Assembly (NCBI GenBank): GCA_963696385.1
Contig: CAVOKF010000003.1
Coordinates: 64,001-128,000 of the forward strand
DNA from: an uncultured delta proteobacterium
GTDB lineage: Bacteria > Myxococcota_A > Polyangia > Polyangiales > Polyangiaceae
Direction: 5' to 3'
Length of the DNA: 64,000 nucleotides
Shown here: positions 1 through 9,160 of the stretch, in pieces
How the letters are laid out: each line of letters opens with the position of its first letter
Position numbering within the stretch: position 1 is the first letter of the stretch
Made by a program: the position numbers and the translations under genes
Notes under the pieces: model-generated
What the model was told of the DNA's origin: nothing
Database searches by the model: none
Seen by the model: only the letters and a program-made list of their open reading frames with translations

Positions 1-520
1 AGTGCGATCGGGGATGCGGGGAGAAACGCGGCGCGTATTATGATGTGAATGGCGTCGCGCATGGGCCTTGCGGCCCCGAATGGTTCGACGGCGGATTACC
101 GCCGAGGCGCGACTTCAAGCCGGTGACTTACGCACCTCAGCAAGGAAACACTCGCTTGGCGGCGCTTGGTCCACATGACCTCCTGAATTGCGCTAGCCCG
201 AGTGCCGGCCCAAGCCGGAGGAGGAGAACGTCATGCAAAGTACGAATGGCTCTAGTCCGAAGGGAGCGCGCCTCTAATTATCGGGTTCGTCTGCCGCTTG
301 CGCCCGCATGGGCTTCCACGGGAGCCAATCGGTCCGCAAGAAGCGCGCACACGAAGGCAGCAGGACCGAGCTGCTCTTGCCGCCCCGGCCACCAAGCCGG
401 CGGCGCGTCGGCTATGCGACACTGCGAGGTACCTCAGTCCGTGCAGGAGCGCCCTTTAGCGATGGGGCCAGATATGGCCCGGGTGGACAGACATCGCCAC
501 CCGGGCCATTTTTTCAATCG

Positions 521-550
521 TTGACACGCCGGCAGGATAAGAGCTAGAGG
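521..550 (+). promoter_or_regulatory. Probable sigma70-type promoter of tRNA-Gly
   Basis: Perfect TTGACA at 521-526 and weak -10 (TAGAGG 545-550) about 20 nt upstream of the tRNA. Confidence 0.45.
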
Positions 551-570
551 CGGTCCTCCTTTCTCGCCGC

Positions 571-643
571 GCGGGACTAGCTCAGTTGGTAGAGCGTCGG
601 CTTCCCAAGCCGAAGGTCGCGGGTTCGAGACCCGTGTCCCGCT
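571..643 (+). tRNA. tRNA-Gly (anticodon CCC), CCA not encoded
   Basis: Full cloverleaf: acceptor GCGGGAC/GTCCCGC, D-arm GCTC/GAGC, anticodon arm TCGGC-TTCCCAA-GCCGA, T-arm GCGGG-TTCGAGA-CCCGT. Confidence 0.97.
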
Positions 644-1901
644 CTGAATGATTCCGTGAGGTTGCGAGTAACTCTGCAGGTACTTGACGAGCATCATCGG
701 TCACCGCTGGTGACAGAAGACGGGCCGCCAACCCCGGATCGATATCCGGCAACGCGGCGGCGGGTACCGGCCTCGCGGCGTCGAGCTCGCGCACGTACCC
801 CATGTGGACCTTCGGGTCGGCGTGGCTCGCGAGCGTCATTGCCGTCTGCATGTTGACCCCTGCCCCGGCCAGCGCCCGATTGTATGCGCGCCTCAGGCTG
901 TGGAAGTTCATCCGACGAGACACCGGGGTGTCCCAGTAAAGCGGATCCGCCGGGTTCGGCTTGCCCTTCAACGGAGGGAGCCGCACCACCCCGGCTCGGA
1001 AGAAGTCGCGGCGCAGACGGTTCGCGAACGAGGTGCCGCGGGACTTCTTGTCCTTCCCTGCCCTCGGCCCTCGACGCACCGGGAACACCGGTCCGGCCGT
1101 CGGACCCCCTGCCCTCGCCCACCATGCTCGAAGGAACGGCCGGAGCACTTCGGGCACTTCGAGGTGCTGTATCTCGCGAGTCTTGGACCGCGCGATCGTG
1201 CACCGGGCGAACTCAACCGTATCTATCATCGTCCAGTCCCAACGGATGAGCTCTGACGTCCGCATGCCGCCTTCGGTGCGGGCGACGAACGCGAGCAGCT
1301 TCAATTCGAGGTCGCAGTCCGGCGCGGCCAGGAACTTGCCGACCTCGGCATCCGTCGGACTTACGAACGGGCGCCGATCTCTCTTGAGGCCTTCGGGCAG
1401 TTCGACGTCTTCGGCGGGGTTTGCAGCGATGAGCTTTTCGATCTTGGCGCGCTTGAAGTCGCGGCGCATCACCGCGCGGATCTTGTGTACCGTCTCGTGT
1501 CCTAGCCCGTCGTCGCGTGCCTGCTCGAGAGCCCGACGAACATCGTCATCCGTGATGCGCGTAAGCTGTACGTCACCGATGACGCGGTAGATGTACCGAA
1601 CGCGATTGTTCTGTTCGTCCCGCGCCATCACCACGCCCGCCGCATTGCGCCGCTCGTGTCGGTCCGTCGTGTACGATCGGTATGTCTCCGCGACCTCGGT
1701 CTTGGCTTGCGCGTCGGCAACGTACTCCCCCGCTTCGATCATCGCGACGAGTCGGGCAAGCTTGCGCTTCGCCGTTTGCCGATCCTTCGTGTTCAGCGCC
1801 ATCCATCGGCGTTCGTCGGTGCCGTCTGGTCGTTTGACCCATACGCGGGCGTAGAAACCGCTCGGCTTCGCGATGATCGTGCCTGTTCTTTTGATAGCCA
1901 T
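582..1901 (-). CDS. int: Tyrosine recombinase/phage integrase
   Basis: N-terminal arm-binding-like region, GMRTSEL (R), FHSLRR (HxxR), ASHADPKVHMGY (H...Y); C-terminus reads through the att core. Confidence 0.95.
   Translation of the reverse strand: MAIKRTGTIIAKPSGFYARVWVKRPDGTDERRWMALNTKDRQTAKRKLARLVAMIEAGEYVADAQAKTEVAETYRSYTTDRHERRNAAGVVMARDEQNNRVRYIYRVIGDVQLTRITDDDVRRALEQARDDGLGHETVHKIRAVMRRDFKRAKIEKLIAANPAEDVELPEGLKRDRRPFVSPTDAEVGKFLAAPDCDLELKLLAFVARTEGGMRTSELIRWDWTMIDTVEFARCTIARSKTREIQHLEVPEVLRPFLRAWWARAGGPTAGPVFPVRRGPRAGKDKKSRGTSFANRLRRDFFRAGVVRLPPLKGKPNPADPLYWDTPVSRRMNFHSLRRAYNRALAGAGVNMQTAMTLASHADPKVHMGYVRELDAARPVPAAALPDIDPGLAARLLSPAVTDDARQVPAELLATSRNHSERDTGLEPATFGLGSRRSTN
601..644 (+). 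repeat. att core (attL), 44-bp direct repeat copy 1
   Basis: CTTCCCAAGCC...GTCCCGCTC is identical to 16856-16899; it is the 3' half of the tRNA from the anticodon loop. Confidence 0.95.
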
Positions 1902-1975
1902 CGTTCGCCTGCCTCTTCAGAACCGGGTGGCGCCCGGTTGACGCCCCTTGCGGGGCGTTTCGGCTATTCATGCGC

Positions 1976-2119
1976 TCACGGCTTGGTCTTGAGTCTGGCG
2001 ATCTCGTCTTCGAGCTTTGCGATCTGCTTTTTTAGCGTGTCGATTTCGCGATCCTTTGCAGAGAGCAGCGCGGCGTAATCATCGCGCTGGCGTTTTATCT
2101 GTTCCGGTGTCTCAGCCAT
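1976..2119 (-). CDS. Small coiled-coil hypothetical protein (47 aa)
   Basis: Own translation MAETPEQIKRQRDDYAALLSAKDREIDTLKKQIAKLEDEIARLKTKP, with GGAGG RBS. Confidence 0.6.
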   Translation of the reverse strand: MAETPEQIKRQRDDYAALLSAKDREIDTLKKQIAKLEDEIARLKTKP

Positions 2120-2187
2120 CTTGGCCTCCCTCGTCCCGCATCACGTGCGGACGTGATCCTGATCGGATCACGTTTCGGCCTGGGACG

Positions 2188-2526
2188 CTATCGTCGCCGA
2201 AACACCCCGCTTTCCCGTGGAATGACCTCGCCCGTCGAATCGACAACCGCGTCGGACTGGCACGAGTGTCGCGGGCACGGCGACGGTTTCGCCCACGGGA
2301 GAGCGAGAGATGCGGCGACGTCGTGAGTCAAAACGACCCCGAATGCCGCGACGGCGTGTCCGCAAAATCGGCAGTGGTATTCGCTTGGCGCGAACGCGTT
2401 GCGCTCGACAGCTTGCGCCTTGACGAGTCGGCGCACACGTTGGTCGACAAGATGGCGCCAGAGTTCCGGCGAGCCCTTGAAGGGGGGACGTGGAAAGTAT
2501 CGGCGAAGGATTCGGGCGGCGCTCAT
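2188..2526 (-). CDS. Hypothetical protein with CxxC motif
   Basis: ATGA-coupled to upstream ORF; HCRFCG and CPRHSC. Confidence 0.5.
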   Translation of the reverse strand: MSAARILRRYFPRPPFKGSPELWRHLVDQRVRRLVKAQAVERNAFAPSEYHCRFCGHAVAAFGVVLTHDVAASLALPWAKPSPCPRHSCQSDAVVDSTGEVIPRESGVFRRR

Positions 2527-2804
2527 CGGCGGCCCCGTAGCTCGTGCTCGGCGAGGATGTCCTCGTCACGCACTTCGATGGGCTCGCGGTCGAGCACGTC
2601 GACTCGAACCGCAGCGGTGAACGAGGTGAAGCTCTTCTTTTTCGCGTGATAGAAGCGGGCCAAGTGCAAGAGCGCGCAGAAGGCCTGATCGACCGTGCGC
2701 GCATCGGCCGGCGTCATGTCGTCGTCGGCATCGATCAGGGCATCGAGGGCCGCATGCAGGTTTTCGCGGATTCTGTTTTTTAGGGGAGTGGCTAAACTGG
2801 GCAC
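2523..2804 (-). CDS. Hypothetical protein
   Basis: Protein-like composition, RBS, coupled to next gene. Confidence 0.6.
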   Translation of the reverse strand: MPSLATPLKNRIRENLHAALDALIDADDDMTPADARTVDQAFCALLHLARFYHAKKKSFTSFTAAVRVDVLDREPIEVRDEDILAEHELRGRR

Positions 2805-2932
2805 GTTCGTTTCCCTTTCGGTTGCGGACCACGCTCCCGGCGGTTACAGCCGCGCGGGAGCATTCGTTGCGGGCTCGGTGCCCGCCCCGCGCCCGGCCCC
2901 CCAGCGGGAGCGGCACGAGGCGAGCGGCGAGG

Positions 2933-3139
2933 TCAACGCGTGAGGTCCTGGGCCAACTCCCTGATTCTCTCAACCTCTCCGAGAGCCATCACAATCGTGT
3001 CGGGGTCGGGGCTGCAGGCCAGCCGCTCGGACGCGAGCTCGGCCAGCCGGGCGATACGCGTCGCGACGACGAGCGTTCGCGAGGTTACCGGCTCGCGCCG
3101 GACAGTGGGGGCCTCGTCCGGCCAGGGGGCGGCGCTCAC
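2933..3139 (-). CDS. Small hypothetical protein
   Basis: GTGA overlap with RHH gene stop. Confidence 0.55.
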   Translation of the reverse strand: MSAAPWPDEAPTVRREPVTSRTLVVATRIARLAELASERLACSPDPDTIVMALGEVERIRELAQDLTR

Positions 3140-3360
3140 TTGCGGCCCTTCTTCGCGTCGGAAGCGAGCACGTCGAGCCCGCGGCGGATGGCCATGCGGA
3201 GCACGTCTGCCCGCGTGACCGACAGGCCAGGCTCGGACTTGGCTAGCGCAATTTGCTCGGCTTCCTCAAGCCACTCGGCGGAAAGGGCGATCGTTACTTG
3301 CCCGTCTTTGTTCGGATCCTTCGGTCTCGGCATCGTCGGCGAGTTCGCCATGTTGTTCAC
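3136..3360 (-). CDS. Ribbon-helix-helix (CopG/Arc-like) regulator
   Basis: QVTIALSAEWLEEAEQIA...TRADVLRMAIRRGL pattern (beta strand, helix, helix). Confidence 0.75.
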   Translation of the reverse strand: MNNMANSPTMPRPKDPNKDGQVTIALSAEWLEEAEQIALAKSEPGLSVTRADVLRMAIRRGLDVLASDAKKGRK

Positions 3361-3369
3361 CTCTCAGCC

Positions 3370-3408
3370 ACCGTAGCAAGTTGCTAACGCCGTGGCAAGG
3401 TGTATAAC
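3370..3408. promoter_or_regulatory. Overlapping divergent promoters with palindromic operator
   Basis: Minus: TTGCCA-N17-TACGGT (3398-3370); plus: TTGCTA-N16-TATAAC (3381-3408); palindrome TAGCAA-G-TTGCTA 3374-3386. Confidence 0.6.
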
Positions 3409-3431
3409 TCTTGGGAAAGGTGGTGGACCGT

Positions 3432-3992
3432 ATGAAAATGATAACGATGCTGGTTTCAGCGCTGGCGCTTGCTGCGTGCGGAGGGGCGCCGGAAGCGCCC
3501 GAAAGCATGGCCGCCCCGTCCTCTTCGTCCAGCAGCGCGTCGAGCGCCGAGGTCGCGGACGGCGCCGGGAGCCCGGACGACGCCGGGAGCCCGGCTGCGA
3601 GCTCGAGTTCGTCGTCGGCGATGTCGGCCCCGACCAGCAGCGACGATGACGCTGGCGAGACCGTCGAGGCCGCGGCCGTCGTGATCGACGCTGGCGCCCC
3701 GCCGTCGTATACCCCGGACGCGGCATGCCATGATCTGGCCTGCGAAGGGAACGTGGGGCCGCCATCCGATGCCTCGCCCTATGTGACGACGTGCCTAAAT
3801 CAGGCGGACGGGTGCGACGGGTGCGTGAATCTCTCGACGACAGGATGTACCAGTTCAGGCGGCACGATCGCGGGCACTGACGTTCCCGTATATTCCTGCC
3901 CGATCGGTACGGTGTGCTATCCGGGTACACTAAATCGTGGCGGCGCTGGTAACACGGTGTCGTGCACGTTCACTAACATCTGCCCAATGTGA
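3432..3992 (+). CDS. Cys-rich lipoprotein (moron-like cargo)
   Basis: Lipobox LAAC, Ser-rich linker, Cys-rich C-domain; opposite strand with own promoter and terminator. Confidence 0.8.
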   Translation: MKMITMLVSALALAACGGAPEAPESMAAPSSSSSSASSAEVADGAGSPDDAGSPAASSSSSSAMSAPTSSDDDAGETVEAAAVVIDAGAPPSYTPDAACHDLACEGNVGPPSDASPYVTTCLNQADGCDGCVNLSTTGCTSSGGTIAGTDVPVYSCPIGTVCYPGTLNRGGAGNTVSCTFTNICPM

Positions 3993-3999
3993 AATGGGC

Positions 4000-4033
4000 G
4001 AAACCCCGGGAAGCTTTCGCCGCTCGGGGTTTC
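4000..4033. terminator. Hairpin/intrinsic terminator
   Basis: GAAACCCCG...CGGGGTTTC stem just after the lipoprotein stop, between convergent genes. Confidence 0.65.
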
Positions 4034-4377
4034 TGGCTCGGCTGTCGCCCAGCTGGACCTTGGAGCTGTTTGGGGCCGCTTACGGTTCGCCCGGGCCGTT
4101 TATAACGTCCGCCCTTCGACGTGAATAGGTATACTGCCTATCGCCACTCCGTCAAGTGGGCGATATACGATTTTGCGCAGTGGCCTGTTTACGCGCTGCG
4201 CAGACTACGAAGTAGCTCTAGCAATTTGGCTTCCGCCGAAAGCGCCCGATCGCGCCATGTGCCAGCCGGACCCGCCCAGTAGCTCGCCACGCGCTCGGGG
4301 ACTGGGCAAGCCTCGGGCTGCGCACCTTGCGCCATCTCAAAACGAGTCAATCCGACGGGGCGATGCGCAGCCATTGG

Positions 4378-4899
4378 CTAATTCAGCTGATTCATGAAAA
4401 TGCACTGCCACGCTAGCTGATCGCTGCCGGTGGTCGCGACTAGGAGGGTGACGGTCTGGCCCGAGATACTGAAACCGGAGTACCCGTTCACCGTCTCCGT
4501 ATTGCTGTCGAACGCCTGCGAGTAGGCGTTCGTTACCGTGCCGCCGACGTCGACGAACCCCATCACCTGGCGGAACGAGCCCGCGCCGTCCGAGGGGTTC
4601 GTGATGTCACGGAAGGTGCACAACTGCTGCACGTGCCACAGGTGGCCCGACGTCAGAGTCACCGCCATCGTCGTCGAGGTGAATCCCGGCGGCACGACGC
4701 TCAATCCCTGCCACCCGGTGGTCCACGTCACGCCCATTTGCCCCGCGCTCTCCGAGCCGAGCCAATAGCCGGGGGAGAGCAGGAAACTGCCCGCCTGGGC
4801 AAACGATGGGCTGGCCGACGGCTGCGTCTGCGCGAGGGCGACGCCAGCGACGAGCGCGAGCGCGACGAGAATGAGTGACGGGGAAAACCTGTGTTGCAT
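4378..4899 (-). CDS. Secreted beta-rich hypothetical protein
   Basis: Signal peptide ending ALA-Q; beta-strand-rich mature part. Confidence 0.7.
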   Translation of the reverse strand: MQHRFSPSLILVALALVAGVALAQTQPSASPSFAQAGSFLLSPGYWLGSESAGQMGVTWTTGWQGLSVVPPGFTSTTMAVTLTSGHLWHVQQLCTFRDITNPSDGAGSFRQVMGFVDVGGTVTNAYSQAFDSNTETVNGYSGFSISGQTVTLLVATTGSDQLAWQCIFMNQLN

Positions 4900-4909
4900 T
4901 GAGTACTCC

Positions 4910-6124
4910 TCAGCTCAGTTGAGAAAGCTGGCCCGAGATCAGCGAGAAGCGCACGGTGCCGACGGTGTCGTTGAAGCAGATCGCGGCCTGGACGGGGGAC
5001 ATCGCGAGGTTCGGCGAGTTAGCGCCGTTAGGTGTAATGTACACTTGACTTGGATACCATGATTGGCCGTCGGGGCTCCAAACTATGACGCCGGTGTCAG
5101 GTGTGCTTGCCGCGACGAGACCAAGCCAAAGCGAGCCGCATCCGCAAAGGTATTTGATTGCGGCCTGGCCGCTCGAAGTGGAAAAGGCATATACATACGT
5201 GTTGCCCGTCTCGGACACGTAGTAATTCCGAACGTTGCCGCCTCCCGACGGCTGCGTAACCAGCAAAAATTGCCCTCCGGGGTTTGTCGTAGTCGTTCCC
5301 CAGGCGAGCGCGATCGGAATGTCCGTGCCGATCGTGCTGGAGATAGACAGCGTCGTGGTCGTTCCGCCAGTGGCCATGGTCACGCTGCATACGCCACTCG
5401 CGCCGATGTAAACCGCGGCGCATGTCGTCGCGTTCGCCGCGACTACGGCATTCGTGAGCGATAGACCGGTCACTTCAGCGGTATGGCTAGAGTTCGTCAG
5501 GTAGAAGATCTCAGACCCAGCCGCCGAGCCGGACACGAGCACGGCCATGGCGAAGGATTGGCCGCTCGGGCACGCGACCGGGAATGAAGTGGCGGCATTG
5601 AAGGCGCCCATGCCCGTTTGCACCGCGGCAGGCGTAATCGTCTCGACGTAGCCGAGCCCGCCACTGATACGAGTCATGTAGCTGCAGCCGGAGTTATCGC
5701 AGGCGATGCCAGCAACCGTGCCAGTGGGAGTGAACCCCGTCCCGAAATTCACGGTCGTTGTCGAATCCGTGCCCGTGAGCGTCGAAAAGAAATTGAACGC
5801 GCTCGAATTGTATGTGTTCGCGCAAACCCATAAATTGAGCGTGGCATTCCATGCCATGGCGTTCAACGTGTAGGCGCCGGATTCGGCCACGAACTGAGGT
5901 TGCCAATTCTGCGCGATCGTCGAGTCACCGCCGGCGATCTGGACCGCGGCGACATTGCTGAATGCCAAATTCAATTCGAAGTTGAGCGCGGGGGCGGCTG
6001 CGCCAGTGCCGGGCGTGAAATAGGATGCGGACGGCGCGATCTTCGTGGGGCCGCCCGACCATGGTGAGGATCCAGCGGGGTAGTCAAGGGCAGTCGACCA
6101 GGTACCAATAAGCGGCTGTCCCAT
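4910..6124 (-). CDS. Putative tail fibre/receptor-binding protein
   Basis: Gly/Thr/Ser/Ala-rich; N-terminal TKIAP...PG...ALNFELN anchor-like motif; Asp-box-like WSPDGQSW. Confidence 0.55.
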   Translation of the reverse strand: MGQPLIGTWSTALDYPAGSSPWSGGPTKIAPSASYFTPGTGAAAPALNFELNLAFSNVAAVQIAGGDSTIAQNWQPQFVAESGAYTLNAMAWNATLNLWVCANTYNSSAFNFFSTLTGTDSTTTVNFGTGFTPTGTVAGIACDNSGCSYMTRISGGLGYVETITPAAVQTGMGAFNAATSFPVACPSGQSFAMAVLVSGSAAGSEIFYLTNSSHTAEVTGLSLTNAVVAANATTCAAVYIGASGVCSVTMATGGTTTTLSISSTIGTDIPIALAWGTTTTNPGGQFLLVTQPSGGGNVRNYYVSETGNTYVYAFSTSSGQAAIKYLCGCGSLWLGLVAASTPDTGVIVWSPDGQSWYPSQVYITPNGANSPNLAMSPVQAAICFNDTVGTVRFSLISGQLSQLS

Positions 6125-6301
6125 TTACTTACTCCAAACGCTTTCGTTCCAATTCGACTGATTCCAGATCGCGGGTGGCGCCGGTGCCGGAGCGATATCC
6201 ACCGAGGCCGAGACCTCGCCGGTTAGCTCGAATTTAGCCGTGGCTTCCGCGGTCGGGACGGGCACGGTCGCGTCAATCGAACAGACAAATTCCTGGCTCA
6301 T
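6125..6301 (-). CDS. Small virion-type protein (58 aa)
   Basis: Own translation MSQEFVCSIDATVPVP...AIWNQSNWNESVWSK; overlaps the upstream stop and abuts the downstream start. Confidence 0.55.
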   Translation of the reverse strand: MSQEFVCSIDATVPVPTAEATAKFELTGEVSASVDIAPAPAPPAIWNQSNWNESVWSK

Positions 6302-6624
6302 TTGCTTTTCTCCACAGGTGTCCCGGCGAGCGTGTTGGCGCCGGTTCGGATTCTCATTCCGCCGAAAGTGATTTCGGCATTCTGTCCTAGGTCTGCAACC
6401 TCATTCCAAAATAGCCATGCGTAAATATTTCGCCTGTCGCCTGGTCGCAGCGCCTTGAGCGATCGGAGGACGTCGGCGGCGTCCTTGCGGAACGTGAGTG
6501 CGTCGCGCCGGGTCTCCGCGTTCGCTCGAAATTCCTCGTCGGTCGGAGTCGGCGCCGTCGGCTCCGGAACAACGGGTGTGCCGGTCAAAGCGTCGCTACG
6601 GTTGAATACGGCTCCCGATGTCAT
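6298..6624 (-). CDS. Hypothetical protein
   Basis: In the coupled minus-strand operon; GAGG RBS. Confidence 0.6.
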   Translation of the reverse strand: MTSGAVFNRSDALTGTPVVPEPTAPTPTDEEFRANAETRRDALTFRKDAADVLRSLKALRPGDRRNIYAWLFWNEVADLGQNAEITFGGMRIRTGANTLAGTPVEKSK

Positions 6625-6628
6625 TGGC

Positions 6629-7375
6629 TCATTCACCTCGCGTCCGACCCATTGCACGCACCTTCGGTTTGCCGACGGGCGTGCGCCAGGCGTCCTTTGC
6701 TCGCGCGATCATGGCGTCGCGCGCGTCGGTCGTCGCCGAGTCGCCCTCTCCGAACGTGTCAGGCGTGGACATACCCCCGCCGAAAGAGCCCGACGCCTCG
6801 CCCTGGTTCCCCCCGCCGAACGCGCTCCGTCCGTGCTCGGTCTGCGCTCGCTGGACGCGCGGAGCATTCTGCCGGGCTGATTCTCCGTACGGTCCGTCGT
6901 TGGGCGGGGTGCTCTCGTTTTTGCCCCTTGACCCCCCGGGAAACGAGCCGTCGTGCCCCCGTGCCGGACGATATCCGTACTGGGCAAGTTCGAGGCCCCG
7001 TTCGAATTTCGCTTGCAGAGCGGCGAAACCCGCTGCGCGCTGTTCGTCGGCCGAACTGAGCGTTTCCTCTTGTGTAGAGGTGTTCGTCTGGACGCCGCTC
7101 TCCGTCAGCATCGCGTCGGCGCGCGACTCGGCGCCGCCGGCGTAGATGAGATCCATCGGATCCAAGAATCGCGGCGCGGCGTCCGAGCGAAGCTGGCCCT
7201 TCTTGACGGCCACTCCGTAGACGCCCTCGATGTATGCAGCCGACGCGTTCGCTGGGATCTCGTAGCCGATCCGCGCGAGTTCTTTGCGACGAACGTCGGC
7301 GACGCCCCTCTCGTATTCGGGGTTGGGTGCCGGGTCTCTCGAGTTCGATTCATATCGCATTCCCATGGCGTTCAC
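6629..7375 (-). CDS. Hypothetical protein, possibly scaffold-like
   Basis: GTGA-coupled; low-complexity linker; SAAYIEGVY and DARDAMIARAKDAW segments. Confidence 0.6.
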   Translation of the reverse strand: MNAMGMRYESNSRDPAPNPEYERGVADVRRKELARIGYEIPANASAAYIEGVYGVAVKKGQLRSDAAPRFLDPMDLIYAGGAESRADAMLTESGVQTNTSTQEETLSSADEQRAAGFAALQAKFERGLELAQYGYRPARGHDGSFPGGSRGKNESTPPNDGPYGESARQNAPRVQRAQTEHGRSAFGGGNQGEASGSFGGGMSTPDTFGEGDSATTDARDAMIARAKDAWRTPVGKPKVRAMGRTRGE

Positions 7376-8793
7376 TTACCTTTCTTCGAAATTAGTGCCC
7401 CAAGTTCCACGATTCCCGCCGCTGCCGCCTCTGCGGCCCACGAGCTCAACTCGTCTTTCGACGTATTTCCGCTGTACGGCCGATCCACAGGCCTGGTCAC
7501 TCGGAGGTCGATCTTGTCGATCTGCTGCATATTCGGATCCTGCAAGATCCGGATCGGCGGATGCGTTGTCCCGATTGCGCCCGCCTGCACAGGAATCTGC
7601 CGATGTGCCGACATGCGCTCTTGATCCAAGAGCTCGGACCAGATGAGAGCGACTGCAGCCGGGGGCGAGATCAGATATCCACGGACGCAAACCTCGACGA
7701 TATGTCTCGGCATCCACCCGAGCGCCGTCCTTACTTGGTACAGGTATGTCGCCCACTCCCGGACGAACTCGCGCGCCGCATCCGTGTGTTGCTTGCTGAA
7801 CGCCTCGACGGGGCCAGTCTTCCGACCGGGTACATGTCGCTGGAGAATGCGGCACACAAGACCGTATGATTCGGTGTCGGGCAATCCGACGGACGCCAGC
7901 ATTTGCGCGTTGGCCGTGATGACGTGCTGAGGCGCCAAGATCTCGCCAACCGCGAAGACAACGCGCGGCAAAGGCAAACCCGGTATGGCCCGAAACACGA
8001 TCGTGCCGCCGATCATCGTCGCGGTAGCGAGCTCGCGCGGAATGGTCACGCCCGGTTCGTCGAGGATGCGGATGCCGACGAAATCGAGATCGCGAAGCGT
8101 GCGGCTTTCGATTCGGTTTGCCTCGGTGAAAGCGCGCTGGGCCGCCTGCGCCTCCGCTTCGATGCGCTCGTTTTCGGCCTTCTGCGAGGCCTCTAGCTCG
8201 CGAGCACGAGAGCCCGGAGCGACGAGCCGCTTGCCTGCCACGACCGGCCGCCCGATCACCTGAGCGCAGTGCGAGAAAGAGGCACCGAGGGATCGCATGG
8301 CCGACACCGCGAAGAGGTCGAACACGCGATCGGCGAACGTGTACTTGATCAAACCGCTGACCTCGGGCCGATGGCGGAGAATTTCGCGCGCCGCCGCGTC
8401 GGCTTCGTTGAGATGCTCCTCGAACACTTCGGTCCCGTCGTCGTCGATGCCGATCGATTCGATGGCGAGCCCGTACAGCTCCAGGCAGAGCAAAGCCGTG
8501 GGGCGAGCGGCGCCGTTGATCGGCTCAAGTCGCGCGATCTCGGTGTCACCCTGACGGATGACGATCGGAGCGTCGAGGGGGGCGCACCAAGGCACGAGCG
8601 AGCCGTTTTCGAGCAACGGGTTGACATCGCGCACCCGGACGTCGTCGACGATGACGAACCGAGCGCACGGCGGGGGCGCCGGCGGGCGATGGCGCTCCGC
8701 GGCTTCGCGAACGATTCGGAGGGCGTAATCGCCGCCGTGCTGGACAATCCCGTTTTGAACGCGATCGGGGACGTGGGGAATGCTGGTCGTCAT
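7372..8793 (-). CDS. Hypothetical protein (~473 aa)
   Basis: Long ORF, AAGAGG RBS, central coiled coil; family not recognised. Confidence 0.75.
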   Translation of the reverse strand: MTTSIPHVPDRVQNGIVQHGGDYALRIVREAAERHRPPAPPPCARFVIVDDVRVRDVNPLLENGSLVPWCAPLDAPIVIRQGDTEIARLEPINGAARPTALLCLELYGLAIESIGIDDDGTEVFEEHLNEADAAAREILRHRPEVSGLIKYTFADRVFDLFAVSAMRSLGASFSHCAQVIGRPVVAGKRLVAPGSRARELEASQKAENERIEAEAQAAQRAFTEANRIESRTLRDLDFVGIRILDEPGVTIPRELATATMIGGTIVFRAIPGLPLPRVVFAVGEILAPQHVITANAQMLASVGLPDTESYGLVCRILQRHVPGRKTGPVEAFSKQHTDAAREFVREWATYLYQVRTALGWMPRHIVEVCVRGYLISPPAAVALIWSELLDQERMSAHRQIPVQAGAIGTTHPPIRILQDPNMQQIDKIDLRVTRPVDRPYSGNTSKDELSSWAAEAAAAGIVELGALISKKGK

Positions 8794-8821
8794 TTTCGTT
8801 GGCCTCTTGTAGTGTGTATCG

Positions 8822-9160
8822 TCAGGAATTTTTTGCACGGAATTGCGGCACCATTGCCCGAAATGAATCCGAACTGTTCGCGCTGAACTCGATGCCGCCG
8901 ACCTTGCCATACCTGGCCGTCATCGGATTGCGACTCACTGTCGCGATCTCGACGCGCCCGGCGGGGTCGCGCGTGACCGAAAGGCACGGTTCTTCGCTGT
9001 CGTCCATCCCTTGCCGCAGGTCGCGTACGAAGTCCCGCGTCTGCCGCATCGTAGCCTGCAACGCGTCGCCGATGACTTCGTCAATCAACTGATCGTATCG
9101 GTCCTCGCAGAGTGCCCGGCGCTGCGGTATGTACGGATTTCGCCCTCCCTTTAGCCTCAT
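8822..9160 (-). CDS. Hypothetical protein
   Basis: ATGA overlap with terL stop. Confidence 0.6.
   Translation of the reverse strand: MRLKGGRNPYIPQRRALCEDRYDQLIDEVIGDALQATMRQTRDFVRDLRQGMDDSEEPCLSVTRDPAGRVEIATVSRNPMTARYGKVGGIEFSANSSDSFRAMVPQFRAKNS

Noticed and set aside
1..547. ORFs 45-524 and 308-547
   Set aside because: No recognisable motifs or RBS; likely intergenic
4910..6124. DGR target/template for the fibre-like gene
   Set aside because: No reverse transcriptase and no adenine-specific repeat pair seen in the window
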